From Obrimoposthia wandeli (lineage: Eukaryota): a stretch of 64,000 nucleotides of DNA. The notes beneath the pieces were generated by a model, which saw nothing but the letters and a program-made list of their open reading frames with translations, ran no database searches and was not told where the DNA came from. Location of the stretch: positions 2,232,001 through 2,296,000 of the forward strand of contig CDROCS010000253.1 in NCBI GenBank assembly GCA_977020255.1. Reading direction: 5' to 3'. This document shows, piece after piece, positions 30,601 through 41,053 of this stretch; the stretch's first letter is position 1, and each line of letters begins with the position of its first letter. The position numbers and the translations under genes are program-made.

Positions 30601-31599
30601 TTACTTTTTAAAGTTGAATTGACGTACTGATAAAGTCATCATCATTATTATTAAAGCAAAGATTGAACCACTACCACCATGGGTACTCTCTGCACTGTAA
30701 TACTCGACATATTCCACGTCATAGTCACTGCTCTCTAATGGAAGAGCAAATAAGCTGTTGCTGTCATCACTGCTGTAAGACGCGACTATATTTGGATAAC
30801 CCTCTTCGTAAAGATCAATGAGGATATCGTAATGGTTTGCAGTAAAACCTTGCTCTAAGGTGCTATACACTTCAAATTCATCCTCTGAACTTTCACCATG
30901 AATAACAAATCTGTCGGTACTGTAATAGTGTATCCAAGGGCCGCCATTTTCACTCAGATACAACTCAGCATATACAACCGCCTCACCATGAACGTTTGAG
31001 GTAATTAAATCAGCATCAAAGCTAACGCTAAACGTTTGATAATAGCCGTCGCTATCAAGATCCTCTATTAACTGTGAGTAGCCCTCATAAATGACAAAAC
31101 TGCCGTCGCTAAAACTTCTACTAGTATTGTTCATACTTGGCATTTTTGCCGTGTTTTGCATTGTATTTTTAGCTATATTTTTAGAGAGGTTAGCGGAACT
31201 TATTTTACGTGCCTGTTGGTGCTTTTGGGTAATCACATTATAGCGAGTGGTGTTTAATGCTTTATTTTTCTCTTGGTCGCTATCGCCAAGTAATACATTT
31301 TGTCTAATAGTTTTCAACATGTTTTCTTTCGATGCACTATTTTTTGACCTTGCTATTTGACCGCGCGAGTAACTTTTTATCACCTTAGTATTCGTTATGT
31401 CAATTGTACTTGCTGTGTCAGTTAGCTCCCTTGCATTATCAGCCTCTACAGCAAAACTGGGTAGTGTAATCATCATAAGGGTTAACATGAGCGTTAATTG
31501 TAAGGTAGTCAGTAGTATTGGTGAAAGTCTGGATGTTATAGTGAATAGACTTTTTGACGTGTTTTTTACTGTTGCCTGCTTGATAATATTGTTCATCAT
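30601..31599 (-). CDS. Choice-of-anchor H family protein with GlyGly-CTERM sorting signal
   Basis: D.DSDGYYQTFSVSFDAD, VYAELYLS.NGGPW and LPLES.DYD; C-terminal HGGSGS + TM + basic tail. Confidence 0.75.
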   Translation of the reverse strand: MMNNIIKQATVKNTSKSLFTITSRLSPILLTTLQLTLMLTLMMITLPSFAVEADNARELTDTASTIDITNTKVIKSYSRGQIARSKNSASKENMLKTIRQNVLLGDSDQEKNKALNTTRYNVITQKHQQARKISSANLSKNIAKNTMQNTAKMPSMNNTSRSFSDGSFVIYEGYSQLIEDLDSDGYYQTFSVSFDADLITSNVHGEAVVYAELYLSENGGPWIHYYSTDRFVIHGESSEDEFEVYSTLEQGFTANHYDILIDLYEEGYPNIVASYSSDDSNSLFALPLESSDYDVEYVEYYSAESTHGGSGSIFALIIMMMTLSVRQFNFKK

Positions 31600-31818
31600 T
31601 AAATACTTCCTATATCGATTTAATACTATTAAAGCGCAAGTTAAATGAACTCAAGCTGAACAGGTTAACAATTCCACCTGATGTCTTTCGCTGTAGAATC
31701 TATTCATTCAGACTCCATTCAGTTAGTATTTTGTATCATTAAGGGAAACTTGGTTTATTTGCGACAAGCATTCTTTTACACTGGGTTTTATATAGTTTTA
31801 TCTGCATTAGGTATTGAA

Positions 31819-32097
31819 ATGATGTTACGAGTTCTTTTATTCACGTTAATCATGAGTATGGTTACTTTGACGGCAACCGAAGCTGTGGCGGCAGATACGC
31901 AAGCTAAAAAGCAAAAACAAAAAGCTATTAGCTCTCAGCAGGCGGCGAAGCTAGTGAAGAAACGTTACGGCGGTACTGTATTGAAAGTAAAAAAACAAAA
32001 AAATAATACCAGTTATAAAGTAAAAATTGTAAAACCCAATGGGCAAGTGGTATCGAAAAAAGTTAATGCCAAAACCGGTAAAATAGAAAATAACTAA
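31819..32097 (+). CDS. PepSY domain protein
   Basis: Signal peptide; IS.QQAA..V..RYGG.VLKV..Y.VK.....G.V....V.A.TG pattern. Confidence 0.8.
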   Translation: MMLRVLLFTLIMSMVTLTATEAVAADTQAKKQKQKAISSQQAAKLVKKRYGGTVLKVKKQKNNTSYKVKIVKPNGQVVSKKVNAKTGKIENN

Positions 32098-32114
32098 CTT
32101 GAAAGGAAACGGCA

Positions 32115-32789
32115 ATGCGCTTACTTTTAGTTGAAGACGATCAGGCCTTGCAACAAGAGCTTCAGCAACAATTACTTTTACAAAATTATTCAGTAGATGT
32201 TGCTTCTGACGGAGAGATAGCCTTATTTCAAGGCACTGAGTATGATTATGATATTGCCGTTATTGATTTAGGTTTACCAAAAATTGATGGTACTACTGTC
32301 GTTAAATTACTAAGAGAAAAAGGTCGTAATTTTCCTATTCTAATTCTTACTGCTCGTGATCGCTGGCAAGATAAAGTGTCGGGTCTTGACGCGGGTGCCG
32401 ATGATTATCTCACTAAGCCTTTTCATGTAGAAGAACTCACGTCACGCTTAAATGCCTTAATTAGACGCAGCGCGGGTAAAGCGAGTACCGTCATTAAAAA
32501 TGGTCCGTTTAGCTTAGATATCGCTACATCACAAGTACTCGTAGAACAGGCAAGCGTTAGTTTAAGTGCTCATGAATTTAAAGTGTTTAAATATTTAATG
32601 TTACACGTGGGAGAAGTCATCTCTAAAACAACATTAACGGAACATATTTACGATCAAGATTTTGATTTAGACTCTAATGTCATTGAAGTTTTTATCAGGC
32701 GTTTACGGAAAAAACTCGATCCAGACAGTCAACATAACTTTATTGAAACTAAGCGTGGCCAAGGCTATCGTTTACTTCAATTCACTTAG
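32115..32789 (+). CDS. OmpR/PhoP family response regulator
   Basis: LLVEDD, DLGLP.IDG, GADDYLTKPF and SNVIEVFIRRLRKKL motifs. Confidence 0.95.
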   Translation: MRLLLVEDDQALQQELQQQLLLQNYSVDVASDGEIALFQGTEYDYDIAVIDLGLPKIDGTTVVKLLREKGRNFPILILTARDRWQDKVSGLDAGADDYLTKPFHVEELTSRLNALIRRSAGKASTVIKNGPFSLDIATSQVLVEQASVSLSAHEFKVFKYLMLHVGEVISKTTLTEHIYDQDFDLDSNVIEVFIRRLRKKLDPDSQHNFIETKRGQGYRLLQFT

Positions 32790-32815
32790 CTTAACTTCAC
32801 TGACTAGGTACTTTC

Positions 32816-34228
32816 TTGCTCTCACTTATAAAGTCTTTTTTTAATAGCTTGCTAAACTCTCTTAAAGTACGGTTGATGGTGAGCTTGCTGGCGATGGTGG
32901 TTATTATATTGCCAACCATTGCTTTTATTATTATGAATTCATTTGAAAAGCACATGGTACGCAGCATCGAAAATGAGTTACGTGCTTATAGCTATTCCAT
33001 TTTGGCGGTTGCAGAAGTTGAGCAAAGCCAGCTAGTTATGCCTGAAGCCCTAATTGAAAACCAGTTTAATATAAGCGACTCAGGTTTATATGCATTCATT
33101 TCAGGTCCGGTTAAAGATAAAGTAAATGTAGGATCACAGCCAAAAGTAGAAGATGCCCTTTTATGGAGTTCTCAGTCTTTGCTTACTATTAATTTATCGG
33201 ATGAGCAATTACCTGAGAAAATAGTAATACTAACAACGGGTGATGAATCTTTTGTTAGTATTGAAATTAATGGCTTATCCCATTTCATTTACAGCTATGC
33301 GGTAAGCTTTGCTGAAGGTGATGTTAACTTTCCACTGACCGTACATATTATTAGAGACCAGCAAACCTTTTCACAACTCATTAGTGATTTCAAACAGCAA
33401 CTTTGGTTTGGTTTAGCTATTTTGATGGTGATTATATTATTGCTACAACTTGTTTGGCTGATGTGGACATTAAAACCGTTATCTACCTTAGAGCAGGAAG
33501 TTAAAGCGATTGAACAGGGCAGAGCCGAAAAGCTAACCAGCTTGTATCCCAAAGAGTTAGCTACACTCACCACACAATTAAATCAATTATTAACGACTGA
33601 ACAAAAACAAAGGCAACGTTATCGTAACGCATTATCCGATCTTGCCCATAGCTTGAAAACACCGCTGGCAGTACTGCAAGCGCAAAGTGATATTTCTACA
33701 GTTAACCAAGAGCAAATAAATCGTATAAATTCGACCATTGACCATCAGCTAAAGCGTGCCCAGAGTGCAGGGATTTCTTCTTGGCTATTAGGGATTGAGG
33801 TGAAACCTATAGTTGATAAATTGTTAAAGACCTTAGCAAAAATTTATCAGGACGAGCATAAAAAAGTAACACTAAATTTCACTGGACACATCACCTTCAA
33901 AGGTGATGAAGCTGATTTACTAGAGCTTTTAGGTAATGTACTTGATAACGCTTATAAAGCGGCGAAAAGCTCTATAATGCTTACTGTAAACCAACAAGCT
34001 GATGCGCTTATTATTAGCATAGAAGATGATGGTGTAGGTATTCAACCAAAGCAAATCACGCAAATACTAGAACGCGGTGTACGAGCTGATACTTATGAAG
34101 CAGGGCATGGCGTAGGTTTAGCGATAGTGCGAGACTTGGTCGCGAGTTACCAAGGTGAATTGCACATTGGTAACTCTGACACGTTAGGAGGGGCAAAATT
34201 TACTTTGAGCTTTACTAATATAACCTAA
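32816..34228 (+). CDS. PhoQ/CarS-like sensor histidine kinase
   Basis: Two TMs, HAMP, SDLAHSLKTPLAVL, GNVLDNA.K, EDDG.G and G.GVGLAIV motifs. Confidence 0.93.
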   Translation: MLSLIKSFFNSLLNSLKVRLMVSLLAMVVIILPTIAFIIMNSFEKHMVRSIENELRAYSYSILAVAEVEQSQLVMPEALIENQFNISDSGLYAFISGPVKDKVNVGSQPKVEDALLWSSQSLLTINLSDEQLPEKIVILTTGDESFVSIEINGLSHFIYSYAVSFAEGDVNFPLTVHIIRDQQTFSQLISDFKQQLWFGLAILMVIILLLQLVWLMWTLKPLSTLEQEVKAIEQGRAEKLTSLYPKELATLTTQLNQLLTTEQKQRQRYRNALSDLAHSLKTPLAVLQAQSDISTVNQEQINRINSTIDHQLKRAQSAGISSWLLGIEVKPIVDKLLKTLAKIYQDEHKKVTLNFTGHITFKGDEADLLELLGNVLDNAYKAAKSSIMLTVNQQADALIISIEDDGVGIQPKQITQILERGVRADTYEAGHGVGLAIVRDLVASYQGELHIGNSDTLGGAKFTLSFTNIT

Positions 34229-34257
34229 TTGTTAAGCCGCTATAATGAGGTATTGAC

Positions 34258-35286
34258 TCAAAAACCTTGTAACACTATTTTTCCAATTGATTTTCCTGAC
34301 TCCAACTCCTTATGGGCAAGCTTTAAATTATCGGCATTAATTAAACCTAACTCTTTTCCTACCGTTGTTTGAATATAGCCACGGTCAATTAAATCGGACA
34401 CGTGATTTAATAAATGACTTTGTTCTTCAATATCGACTGCATTGAACATTGAGCGTGCAAACATAAACTCAATATGTAATGACAAGCTTTTAAATTTCAA
34501 TTTCATTACGTCTAAAGGTTTTTGAGGATCATCAATCATGGCAATTTTGCCAAAAGGTGCGAGCAACTCAATATAAGTATCGAAATAACTCTCTGTGCCA
34601 TTAAGGCTGGCAACATGGGTAACTTGGCCAATATTAAGGGCGTCAATTTGTGGCTTCAGTGGTTTGGTATGATCAACAACATGGTGTGCGCCGAGTTTTT
34701 CTACCCAGGCTTTTGAGCTTTCTCGTGATGCTGTCGCAATAATGGTTGCACCGGTAATCGCTTTGGCGAGCTGGACTAAAATAGAGCCAACACCACCCGC
34801 AGCACCAACAACTAAAATAACGTCGTTAGATTTTTCAGATGAATCGGGCATTATCTTAGGCAATGCAAGGTGTTCAAATAACATTTCATAAGCGGTAATT
34901 GTTGTTAATGGCAGGGCTGCTGCTTCAACATCAGATAAGCTTTTAGGCTTTTGGCCAACAATGCGTTCGTCGACTAATTGGTATTCTGCATTACTGCCTT
35001 GACGAGTTAAATCGCCGGCATAATATACTTTGTCACCTAACTGAAATTTTGTCGCAGTTTCACCCATGGCCACTATTTCACCAACAGCATCCCAACCGAT
35101 TACTTTATATTCATCCGTTTCTGAAGGCTTGTTTTGTCTGATTTTATAATCGACAGGATTAACAGCAATAGCACTGATTTTTACTAAAATATCTCGGCCA
35201 GCGGCTATTGGCTGTGGTAATTCAATATCGACTAAAGATTCAGTATCACTAATGGGTAACGATTTTTTATAACCAATGGCTTTCAT
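34258..35286 (-). CDS. Zinc-binding alcohol dehydrogenase family / quinone oxidoreductase
   Basis: AVNPVDYK.R, IGWDAVG, AAALPLT.ITAYE.LF and GAAGGVGSI motifs. Confidence 0.9.
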   Translation of the reverse strand: MKAIGYKKSLPISDTESLVDIELPQPIAAGRDILVKISAIAVNPVDYKIRQNKPSETDEYKVIGWDAVGEIVAMGETATKFQLGDKVYYAGDLTRQGSNAEYQLVDERIVGQKPKSLSDVEAAALPLTTITAYEMLFEHLALPKIMPDSSEKSNDVILVVGAAGGVGSILVQLAKAITGATIIATASRESSKAWVEKLGAHHVVDHTKPLKPQIDALNIGQVTHVASLNGTESYFDTYIELLAPFGKIAMIDDPQKPLDVMKLKFKSLSLHIEFMFARSMFNAVDIEEQSHLLNHVSDLIDRGYIQTTVGKELGLINADNLKLAHKELESGKSIGKIVLQGF

Positions 35287-35426
35287 ATGTATTCTCCGGC
35301 TGTTTAATTCAGGTTGCTAATTTAAGTGCTAATTAGGATTACTGTTAACGGTGATAATGATAGAACTTGATTTAATAAAGATAAACAGCATAATAATTGA
35401 AAGATTATCAAAAAATATTTGACAAT

Positions 35427-36362
35427 ATGTTATTAGAAGACCTACAAGTCATCCTTAAAGTCGCCGAATTTAAAAGTATTACTAAAGCTGCCGCGAGTAT
35501 TGATATGCGAACAGCAACAGCAAGTGCCGCGATAAAACGGGTAGAAGCCGCTCTAGGTGTTGATTTGTTTATCCGAACAACTCGACAGTTGAAGGTATCT
35601 AGCGCAGGCGAACGGTATATCCCTCAATGTCAGCAGGCGTTGTTAATGCTTGAGCAAGCTAAACAAAATATGCGTGACGATTTAGACATTATCGATGGTG
35701 AGCTTAGTATTGCGTTATCTTCAGATTTAGGGCGTAACTTGGTTTCACCTTGGCTTGATGAATTTGTACAAAACCATCCCAATGTTGGTTTGAAATTACA
35801 TCTGAGTGATAGCAATATTGATTTTTACCGAGACTGCGTTGATGTTGCCATACGTTATGGATCACCCACTGACTCGAACCTTTATGGTTTTAAAATTTGT
35901 AATGTTCCATGTCTACTTTGTGCTACGCCTCAGTATCTTAAAGATAATGGTACACCGCAACATCCACATGATTTAAGCACTCATAACGGTCTTTTTTATC
36001 AACTTCATGATGTAGTTCATGATATTTGGAAGTTTGCGCATAACGGCAACGTAGTTAAAATAAAAATGAATGGTAATCGAGCCTCGAATGATGGTGATTT
36101 AGTTAGACGATGGTGTATTGCAGGAAAGGGAGTTGCGGTGAAATCATGCCTTGATATCTCTAATGATTTATTAGTAGGTAACGTAGTAAGTGTTATGACT
36201 GATTACCAACCGAGAAAAACTGAATTGTGGCTTGTGTGTCCAAGCAGGCAGTCGATTACTCCTGCTGTACGATTATTAAGAGATATGTTAAAAGAAAAAT
36301 GCACAGTGATTCTACATAAGTTAGTCGAACAAGGCATACTCAATAAGCATCAGCTTGAATAG
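35427..36362 (+). CDS. LysR family regulator (divergent from the oxidoreductase)
   Basis: SITKAA.....TATASAAIKRVE..LG..LF.RTTRQL HTH; DVAIRYG. Confidence 0.93.
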   Translation: MLLEDLQVILKVAEFKSITKAAASIDMRTATASAAIKRVEAALGVDLFIRTTRQLKVSSAGERYIPQCQQALLMLEQAKQNMRDDLDIIDGELSIALSSDLGRNLVSPWLDEFVQNHPNVGLKLHLSDSNIDFYRDCVDVAIRYGSPTDSNLYGFKICNVPCLLCATPQYLKDNGTPQHPHDLSTHNGLFYQLHDVVHDIWKFAHNGNVVKIKMNGNRASNDGDLVRRWCIAGKGVAVKSCLDISNDLLVGNVVSVMTDYQPRKTELWLVCPSRQSITPAVRLLRDMLKEKCTVILHKLVEQGILNKHQLE

Positions 36363-36474
36363 GAGAAACCGCTATTATCATAATGCTTTAAGTGCGCTTT
36401 AAGTATGTTCAGCCTTTGTTCAGCTAAACAGTCGTATGCTAACCATAAGATTAGTTATGAACAAAGGTGAGCTT

Positions 36475-37812
36475 ATGTACTTTCACTCAACAGTATTAAA
36501 ACATCTTGTGATAATAGGGGGACTCCTATTATCCACCACACTATTTACCACTACTGCTTTCTCAGCTTCATTAGACGCAGAAGAAGAGCAAGTATTTGTG
36601 TTATCTGAAGCAGAGCTTGCGCAAACGCTAGCGCCCATCGCCTTGTATCCAGATACTTTACTTACCCATATTTTAATTGCATCTACCTACCCAATTGAGG
36701 TCATTGAAGCTGAGCGATGGCTTAACAAACACTCAAAATTAACGGCTGCACAAATAGAGAGAAAAGCGGAGAAAAAAGATTGGGATGCCAGCATCAAAGT
36801 ACTGTTAGCTTTTCCACGAGTGATAACTAAATTAAGTGAAGATCTTACTTGGATGCAAGAGCTCGGTAACGCTTTTCTACAAGATGAAGCCAGAGTGCTC
36901 GCCAGTATTCAATCGTTGAGACAACAGGCGGACCAAGCGGGTAATTTGGCAAATATGGATAATGTGAAGGTGATAAAAGAACAAAAAATCATCATCATTG
37001 AACCGGCACAGCCGGATATTATTTACGTCCCCTATTATGATACGCGAGTAGTGTATGGTCGCTGGCATTGGTCAAACTATCCACCTGTTTATTGGCGCAG
37101 TCCTCATTATTATGCCGCCCATTATGGCCATTTTTATTGGGGGCATGGTGTGCATATCAGTGGTCACTTTTACTTCAGTGCTTTTCATTGGCACAACCGT
37201 CATGTGGTCGTGAATCGTTATAATCACTCTAATCGCCATGTTTATCATTCAAGAAAAAAAATAGTAACAAGTCATCAGGCGAAGCGATGGAATCATCAAC
37301 CAAAACATAGACGTGGTGTTGCTTATAGTAATGGACGATTAAAGCAAAAATATTATGGCTCACGCCCAAGTGTTCGTAGCACTAACACTTATAAAAGTAA
37401 CGTTTATAAAAGCAATACTAATAAACACAGTGCCTATAAAAACAAGAGCCATAAAAACAAAGCTATTCGAAATAACAAGGTGGTTAGTCGCGCGAATATT
37501 AGCAAGGTGAAAGTCGATAACAGCAAACTTCACAATAACACCTCTAGAAGTAGCAATGCCCGTAATAACAAGCAAATTAAGCATAATAAAAAAACGGTGG
37601 TGGTAAATAATAGCTATAAGGTAAAACAACATAACCCTAATAAATACCAGGAAAATGCTAAAATGAAGAATCGACACAGTAATAAACAAGTGAAGAAAAC
37701 AGTGCAGAGTAAGCAAGTTCACAGAACATCGGCAAGGAAAATTACAAAGCAAGCATCAAGACATTCGACAACATCGACTAGGCATCAGCAAAGCAAACAA
37801 AGAATAAAATAG
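36475..37812 (+). CDS. DUF3300 domain protein with long basic low-complexity tail
   Basis: LAQ.LAPIALYPD.LL..IL.ASTYP, WD.S.K.L.AFP.V, LG.AFL.D...V...IQ.LR and IYVPYYD..VVYG motifs. Confidence 0.88.
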   Translation: MYFHSTVLKHLVIIGGLLLSTTLFTTTAFSASLDAEEEQVFVLSEAELAQTLAPIALYPDTLLTHILIASTYPIEVIEAERWLNKHSKLTAAQIERKAEKKDWDASIKVLLAFPRVITKLSEDLTWMQELGNAFLQDEARVLASIQSLRQQADQAGNLANMDNVKVIKEQKIIIIEPAQPDIIYVPYYDTRVVYGRWHWSNYPPVYWRSPHYYAAHYGHFYWGHGVHISGHFYFSAFHWHNRHVVVNRYNHSNRHVYHSRKKIVTSHQAKRWNHQPKHRRGVAYSNGRLKQKYYGSRPSVRSTNTYKSNVYKSNTNKHSAYKNKSHKNKAIRNNKVVSRANISKVKVDNSKLHNNTSRSSNARNNKQIKHNKKTVVVNNSYKVKQHNPNKYQENAKMKNRHSNKQVKKTVQSKQVHRTSARKITKQASRHSTTSTRHQQSKQRIK

Positions 37813-37878
37813 GATTATGGCTAATGCCTGATAAAGCGAGGACATGAGGTAAGAAGATAACTAACGATAAAATTAAAA

Positions 37879-37906
37879 AAATGGCTAGTATAATAACTAG
37901 CCATTT
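37879..37906. terminator. Bidirectional terminator
   Basis: AAATGGCTAGT-ATAATA-ACTAGCCATTT between convergent genes. Confidence 0.75.
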
Positions 37907-37978
37907 AATTTTAGATACTAAACTCATGATACAAGTTTAGAGGGTATTGATGTTAGGCATAAGCCAATAAATTATCGG

Positions 37979-39196
37979 TTAGAAATAATAGCCGATATTG
38001 ATGTTTAGTCGCTTATTCCAATCATCAGCATTACCTACTAACGTTCCACCGAGAAATGGTTGGTTTTTAGCAACAGCATAGTCAATATAAGCGTAGATGC
38101 CACCAGCACTGATCGCAACACCCGTTACATTCATTGTCGTATCATCTAATCCACCTGATTTATTGGTTACCAAGTTGTAATCATTGTAGTAAGTCAGGTT
38201 AGTGATAGGTCCGATAGACACTGACTGGCTGTAAGACAGGTTAAGGTTATACGATGAAGCTTCGGTCGGGATTGAGTCATAGAATGCCCAAGCACCGACA
38301 GCAACAGCGTCAGAGCCGTTGTCTAGATCATATTCATAATCTGAATACTGGAACATAATACCGACGTTATCAATCTTGCTTTTTACATGAAAGGCGTATG
38401 CTGTGTTATCGCCAACGGAGCCAACACCAGAGCCACCTTCAAGATCACCCGCTTGTAATGATACACCCACTTCCGTATTAGAGAAGAAATTATAAGAATA
38501 TCTTAGGTTAACTGTATTACTCTCGGCCATTTCTTGAGCAGGAGTACTGTAAATACCTTCGCCACCATCAAAATCGCGGATGCCAACTACATCGTAAGAA
38601 TAGCGATGGGTTCTGTCACCTGAATAGCCATCAATACCACCTTTTTCGTCATTTAAGAAATAGGCAATACGGATATCATGTTTATCAAACTTACCTATCA
38701 AGTTTAAGCCTGTATCGTAGTCATCTTCCAAACCAGCATAATAACCAGAGCTAAAGAAGAAATTGTTGGAGTTATAATTTAGGTTACCAAAAGGAACCTG
38801 GGTAATACCCACTTTACCTTCCCAGTTGTCACTGAACTTGTAGGCTACATCGGCGTGGTGAACCACGTCCATATATTGATACCAGCGATATTGAGCGGAC
38901 AAGGTGACATCGCCAATGCTGCCATTTACATCAAGACGAAATACGTCAAAGTCCATGTCACCACCACGATCTTTATTGTCATCATCGTAATCTTCGTAGC
39001 TGTACTGAAAACGTACGGCGCCGCCAATTTTTATGTTTGGCTTAAGTGAGGATATAGCTTTTTTATCTTCTTTAATATCTGTCTTTAGTTGGTTGATTTG
39101 CTTTTGAAGCTCATCAATTTTTTGTGTGTCTGATTCAGCCCAAGCTGATGCAGAGGTGGCTAAAAGCAAACCCAGTAATGGTGTAAATTTTTTCAT
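37979..39196 (-). CDS. Outer-membrane porin-like beta-barrel (paralog of 4153-5331)
   Basis: Signal peptide, coiled coil, near-identical PNIKIGGAVRFQYSY..DFDVFRLDVNGSIGDV..SAQYRWYQYMD; ends INIGYYF. Confidence 0.75.
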   Translation of the reverse strand: MKKFTPLLGLLLATSASAWAESDTQKIDELQKQINQLKTDIKEDKKAISSLKPNIKIGGAVRFQYSYEDYDDDNKDRGGDMDFDVFRLDVNGSIGDVTLSAQYRWYQYMDVVHHADVAYKFSDNWEGKVGITQVPFGNLNYNSNNFFFSSGYYAGLEDDYDTGLNLIGKFDKHDIRIAYFLNDEKGGIDGYSGDRTHRYSYDVVGIRDFDGGEGIYSTPAQEMAESNTVNLRYSYNFFSNTEVGVSLQAGDLEGGSGVGSVGDNTAYAFHVKSKIDNVGIMFQYSDYEYDLDNGSDAVAVGAWAFYDSIPTEASSYNLNLSYSQSVSIGPITNLTYYNDYNLVTNKSGGLDDTTMNVTGVAISAGGIYAYIDYAVAKNQPFLGGTLVGNADDWNKRLNINIGYYF

Positions 39197-39589
39197 TGTA
39201 TATCCCTTAAATTGTTATATCGTTATGTTTTTATTTTTAGAGTAATAACGCGTTTGTGAATTTAAATATAATTATTAATAAATCCTTATTTACTAGACAC
39301 TGTTATCAGTCATCGAATATACCCCTAAAAGACATTAACATGCTTATCATCGACACTCTCTAATATTAATAAAATTATTGCGTAATACCATGTTGCCGAT
39401 CGATTAATATCATTTTTAAGCTTTGTGGTCACCATGGGTGCAAATAAGCCGTTGATAACAGACAAGGCTACTTGGTTGTCTGTTAAATGATTTGAGTGTC
39501 ATTTTATGATGTATTAGGAATATTCAGCTGAACCTTCAATCGTTGATTTATAAAAAAGATATTTATTCGATTAAAGCTATGAAGTGACT

Positions 39590-39616
39590 AAAACGGCGCA
39601 ATAAATACGCCGTTTT
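39590..39616 (-). terminator. Terminator after fdhA
   Basis: AAAACGGCG..CGCCGTTTT inverted repeat. Confidence 0.7.
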
Positions 39617-39653
39617 ATAAAATTAAAGCTAAGCTTTCCTGTCTTAATTGGTC

Positions 39654-40850
39654 TTAAACAACCATTGAATGAGGGTCGATTACAAATTTTTGCGCGGCGC
39701 CTTTATCAAATGCGCTATAACCTTCAGGTGCACCATCAAGTGAAATTACTTTCACGTTAACTGCTTTAGCAATTTGTACTTTATCCCACAAAATTGCCTG
39801 CATTAGATTGCGATGATACTTCATTACCGGACATTGTCCTGTGACAAAATAGTGTGATTTAGCCCAACCAAGGCCAAAGTTCATACTAAGTTGGCCAGTT
39901 TTAGCTGCTTCGGAAGATGCACCAGGATCGCCAGTGACGTAAAGTCCTGGAATACCTATACCACCACCAGCGCGCGTTACTTCCATCATGGTATTAAGCA
40001 CAATCGCTGGCTGCTCTTTATGATGACTACAACCGTGACTATGTGCTTCAAAACCTACACAATCTACCGCAGCATCAACTTCAGGAACACCTAATATTTG
40101 TTCGATCATGTCTGGCACGGTCGCATCTTGACGTAAATCAATCGTTTCACAGCCAAAACTACGGGCTTGAGCTAGACGGTCTGGATTCATATCACCGACA
40201 ATAACACAAGCGGCACCAAGTAATTGCGACGACGCAGCAGCAGCAAGACCTACAGGACCAGCACCGGCAATATAAACAGTGGCACCAGGGACAACACCAG
40301 CCGTTACAGCACCGTGATATCCCGTAGGGAAAATATCAGAGAGCATAGTTAAGTCACGAATTTTTTCTAATGCCTGATCTTTATCAGGGAATTTTAACAG
40401 GTTGAAATCGGCATAAGGTACCATTACATATTCAGATTGACCGCCAACCCAGCCGCCCATATCAACGTAACCAAAAGCAGCACCAGCACGACCAGGGTTA
40501 ACATTTAAACAAATACCAGTGTTTCCTTCTCGGCAATTTCTACATCGACCACAGGCAATATTAAAGGGTACAGAGACAATGTCACCAATGTCTAAAAATT
40601 CAACATCACTACCTTTCTCTATTATCATACCCGTGATTTCATGACCTAAAACAAGGCCTGGTTCAGCAGTAGTACGACCGCGCACCATATGTTGGTCACT
40701 GCCACAGATATTGGTAGTAACTACTTTTAAAATAACTCCGTGCTCACATTTTCGGTTGCCAATGGCAAGCTTAGGGTAGGCAATATCTTGAATTTCAACA
40801 CTTCCAGGGCCAGTATAAACAACGCCGCGGTTTCCATGATTTGAACACAT
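39654..40850 (-). CDS. fdhA: Glutathione-independent formaldehyde dehydrogenase
   Basis: TNICGSDQHMVRGRT, LGHEITG, FNIACGRCRNC, LSDIFPTGYHG and GWAKSH motifs. Confidence 0.95.
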   Translation of the reverse strand: MCSNHGNRGVVYTGPGSVEIQDIAYPKLAIGNRKCEHGVILKVVTTNICGSDQHMVRGRTTAEPGLVLGHEITGMIIEKGSDVEFLDIGDIVSVPFNIACGRCRNCREGNTGICLNVNPGRAGAAFGYVDMGGWVGGQSEYVMVPYADFNLLKFPDKDQALEKIRDLTMLSDIFPTGYHGAVTAGVVPGATVYIAGAGPVGLAAAASSQLLGAACVIVGDMNPDRLAQARSFGCETIDLRQDATVPDMIEQILGVPEVDAAVDCVGFEAHSHGCSHHKEQPAIVLNTMMEVTRAGGGIGIPGLYVTGDPGASSEAAKTGQLSMNFGLGWAKSHYFVTGQCPVMKYHRNLMQAILWDKVQIAKAVNVKVISLDGAPEGYSAFDKGAAQKFVIDPHSMVV

Positions 40851-41009
40851 ATCAAGTTCTCTTATTGGTTAAATGACATTAACAAACTATTTTTAATTAT
40901 TTGTTTTTAGTCATTAATTAAGGATAAAAGCCAATTTCCTTATCGTTATTAAAATAGATATTGGCTAAGGCGGAAAAAACATAATTCAGAATAACTTTTT
41001 ACAGCTAAT

Positions 41010-41053
41010 ATCGGCATATCTGAAAAAGACATCGGCATGCCTGAAACAGACAA
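41010..41053 (-). promoter_or_regulatory. 21-bp direct repeat upstream of fdhA, candidate GbdR/AraC-type operator
   Basis: ATCGGCATATCTGAAAAAGAC / ATCGGCATGCCTGAAACAGAC. Confidence 0.6.

Noticed and set aside
31681-31818. N-terminal extension of the PepSY ORF (similar extensions at 21226, 29206, 43065, 50271, 59457)
   Set aside because: Downstream ATGs have a better RBS, signal peptide or gene-overlap logic, so later starts were used.
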